From Promethearchaeota archaeon (lineage in GTDB: Archaea > Asgardarchaeota > Lokiarchaeia > Sigyniarchaeales > SOKP01), in contig JBHLMQ010000043.1 in assembly GCA_048938005.1 (NCBI GenBank), forward strand, positions 1 through 26,183: DNA of 26,183 bases, read 5' to 3'. Made by a program: the position numbers and the translations under genes. Under the pieces are notes generated by a model. The model worked only from the letters and a program-made list of their open reading frames with translations. It was not told the origin of the DNA and made no database searches. Positions 25,952-26,183 of the stretch are shown here, one piece after another (the first letter of the stretch is position 1; every line of letters starts with the position of its first letter).

Positions 25952-26183
25952 TCAAGAATTTTGTATCTTGTATTTCTCAATCGCATGTGTCATTGTGGTG
26001 ATTGCTAATTCAGCACAATGTTTATGATCGTCTGGTAAACCACCCAAAGCATTTTCAACATCAATTGGTTTTAATTTTTCAGCGAAATCTAATGTTTTGC
26101 CCTCTATCATCATAGTAGTTTGACTTCCTGCTGCTACTGTAGCACCACAACCATCTGTAATGAAATTTGCTTTTTCAATTATA
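25952..26183 (-). CDS. iscU: Fe-S cluster scaffold IscU/NifU-like, 3' part; begins beyond the window and is not in the ORF track
   Basis: IIEKANFITDGCGATVAAGS...LGGLPDDHKHCAELAITT...QNS*. Confidence 0.9.
   Translation of the reverse strand, partial: IIEKANFITDGCGATVAAGSQTTMMIEGKTLDFAEKLKPIDVENALGGLPDDHKHCAELAITTMTHAIEKYKIQNS

Noticed and set aside
1-26183. CRISPR array, tRNA/rRNA (including tRNA-Sec), IS element or integrase
   Set aside because: I saw no regularly spaced repeats, GC-rich structured RNA islands or transposase motifs.

Overview
An AT-rich archaeal window, most consistent with a Lokiarchaeota/Asgard lineage. That assignment is inferred from gene content, Shine-Dalgarno style and a eukaryote-like 3'-UTR SECIS candidate. 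The left two thirds is a redox/energy island with three HdrA paralogues of different architecture. (1) A leftward operon frhB-like - wHTH::HdrA::MvhD fusion - mvhG - mvhA. The HdrA part has lost all four Cys of its FAD-proximal cluster motif. The [NiFe] large subunit carries both hallmarks of H2-sensing hydrogenases: Gln in place of His in L1 (RICGLCYASQ), and no C-terminal extension. Together these suggest an undescribed H2/redox-sensing transcription-regulator complex. (2) A 678-aa seleno-HdrA at 7075..9111, which the ORF track splits at two in-frame UGA codons that align to Cys, followed by a SECIS-like hairpin. (3) A leftward hdrD-like - double-module hdrA - mvhD - frhB-like operon. An 82-nt promoter block with a TGACA-N8-TGTCA palindrome is shared (63/82 identical, ungapped) by the seleno-hdrA and a two-gene unit encoding an unknown-domain protein plus a fusion of the same domain to NAD(P)-dependent methylene-H4MPT dehydrogenase. 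The right third holds a GNAT pseudogene, a TSUP transporter, feoAB with a DtxR-type box, DUF5320, a DtxR/MntR regulator, a ZIP transporter, a radical SAM protein and a partial iscU. All assignments come from motif recognition by eye; no searches were run.
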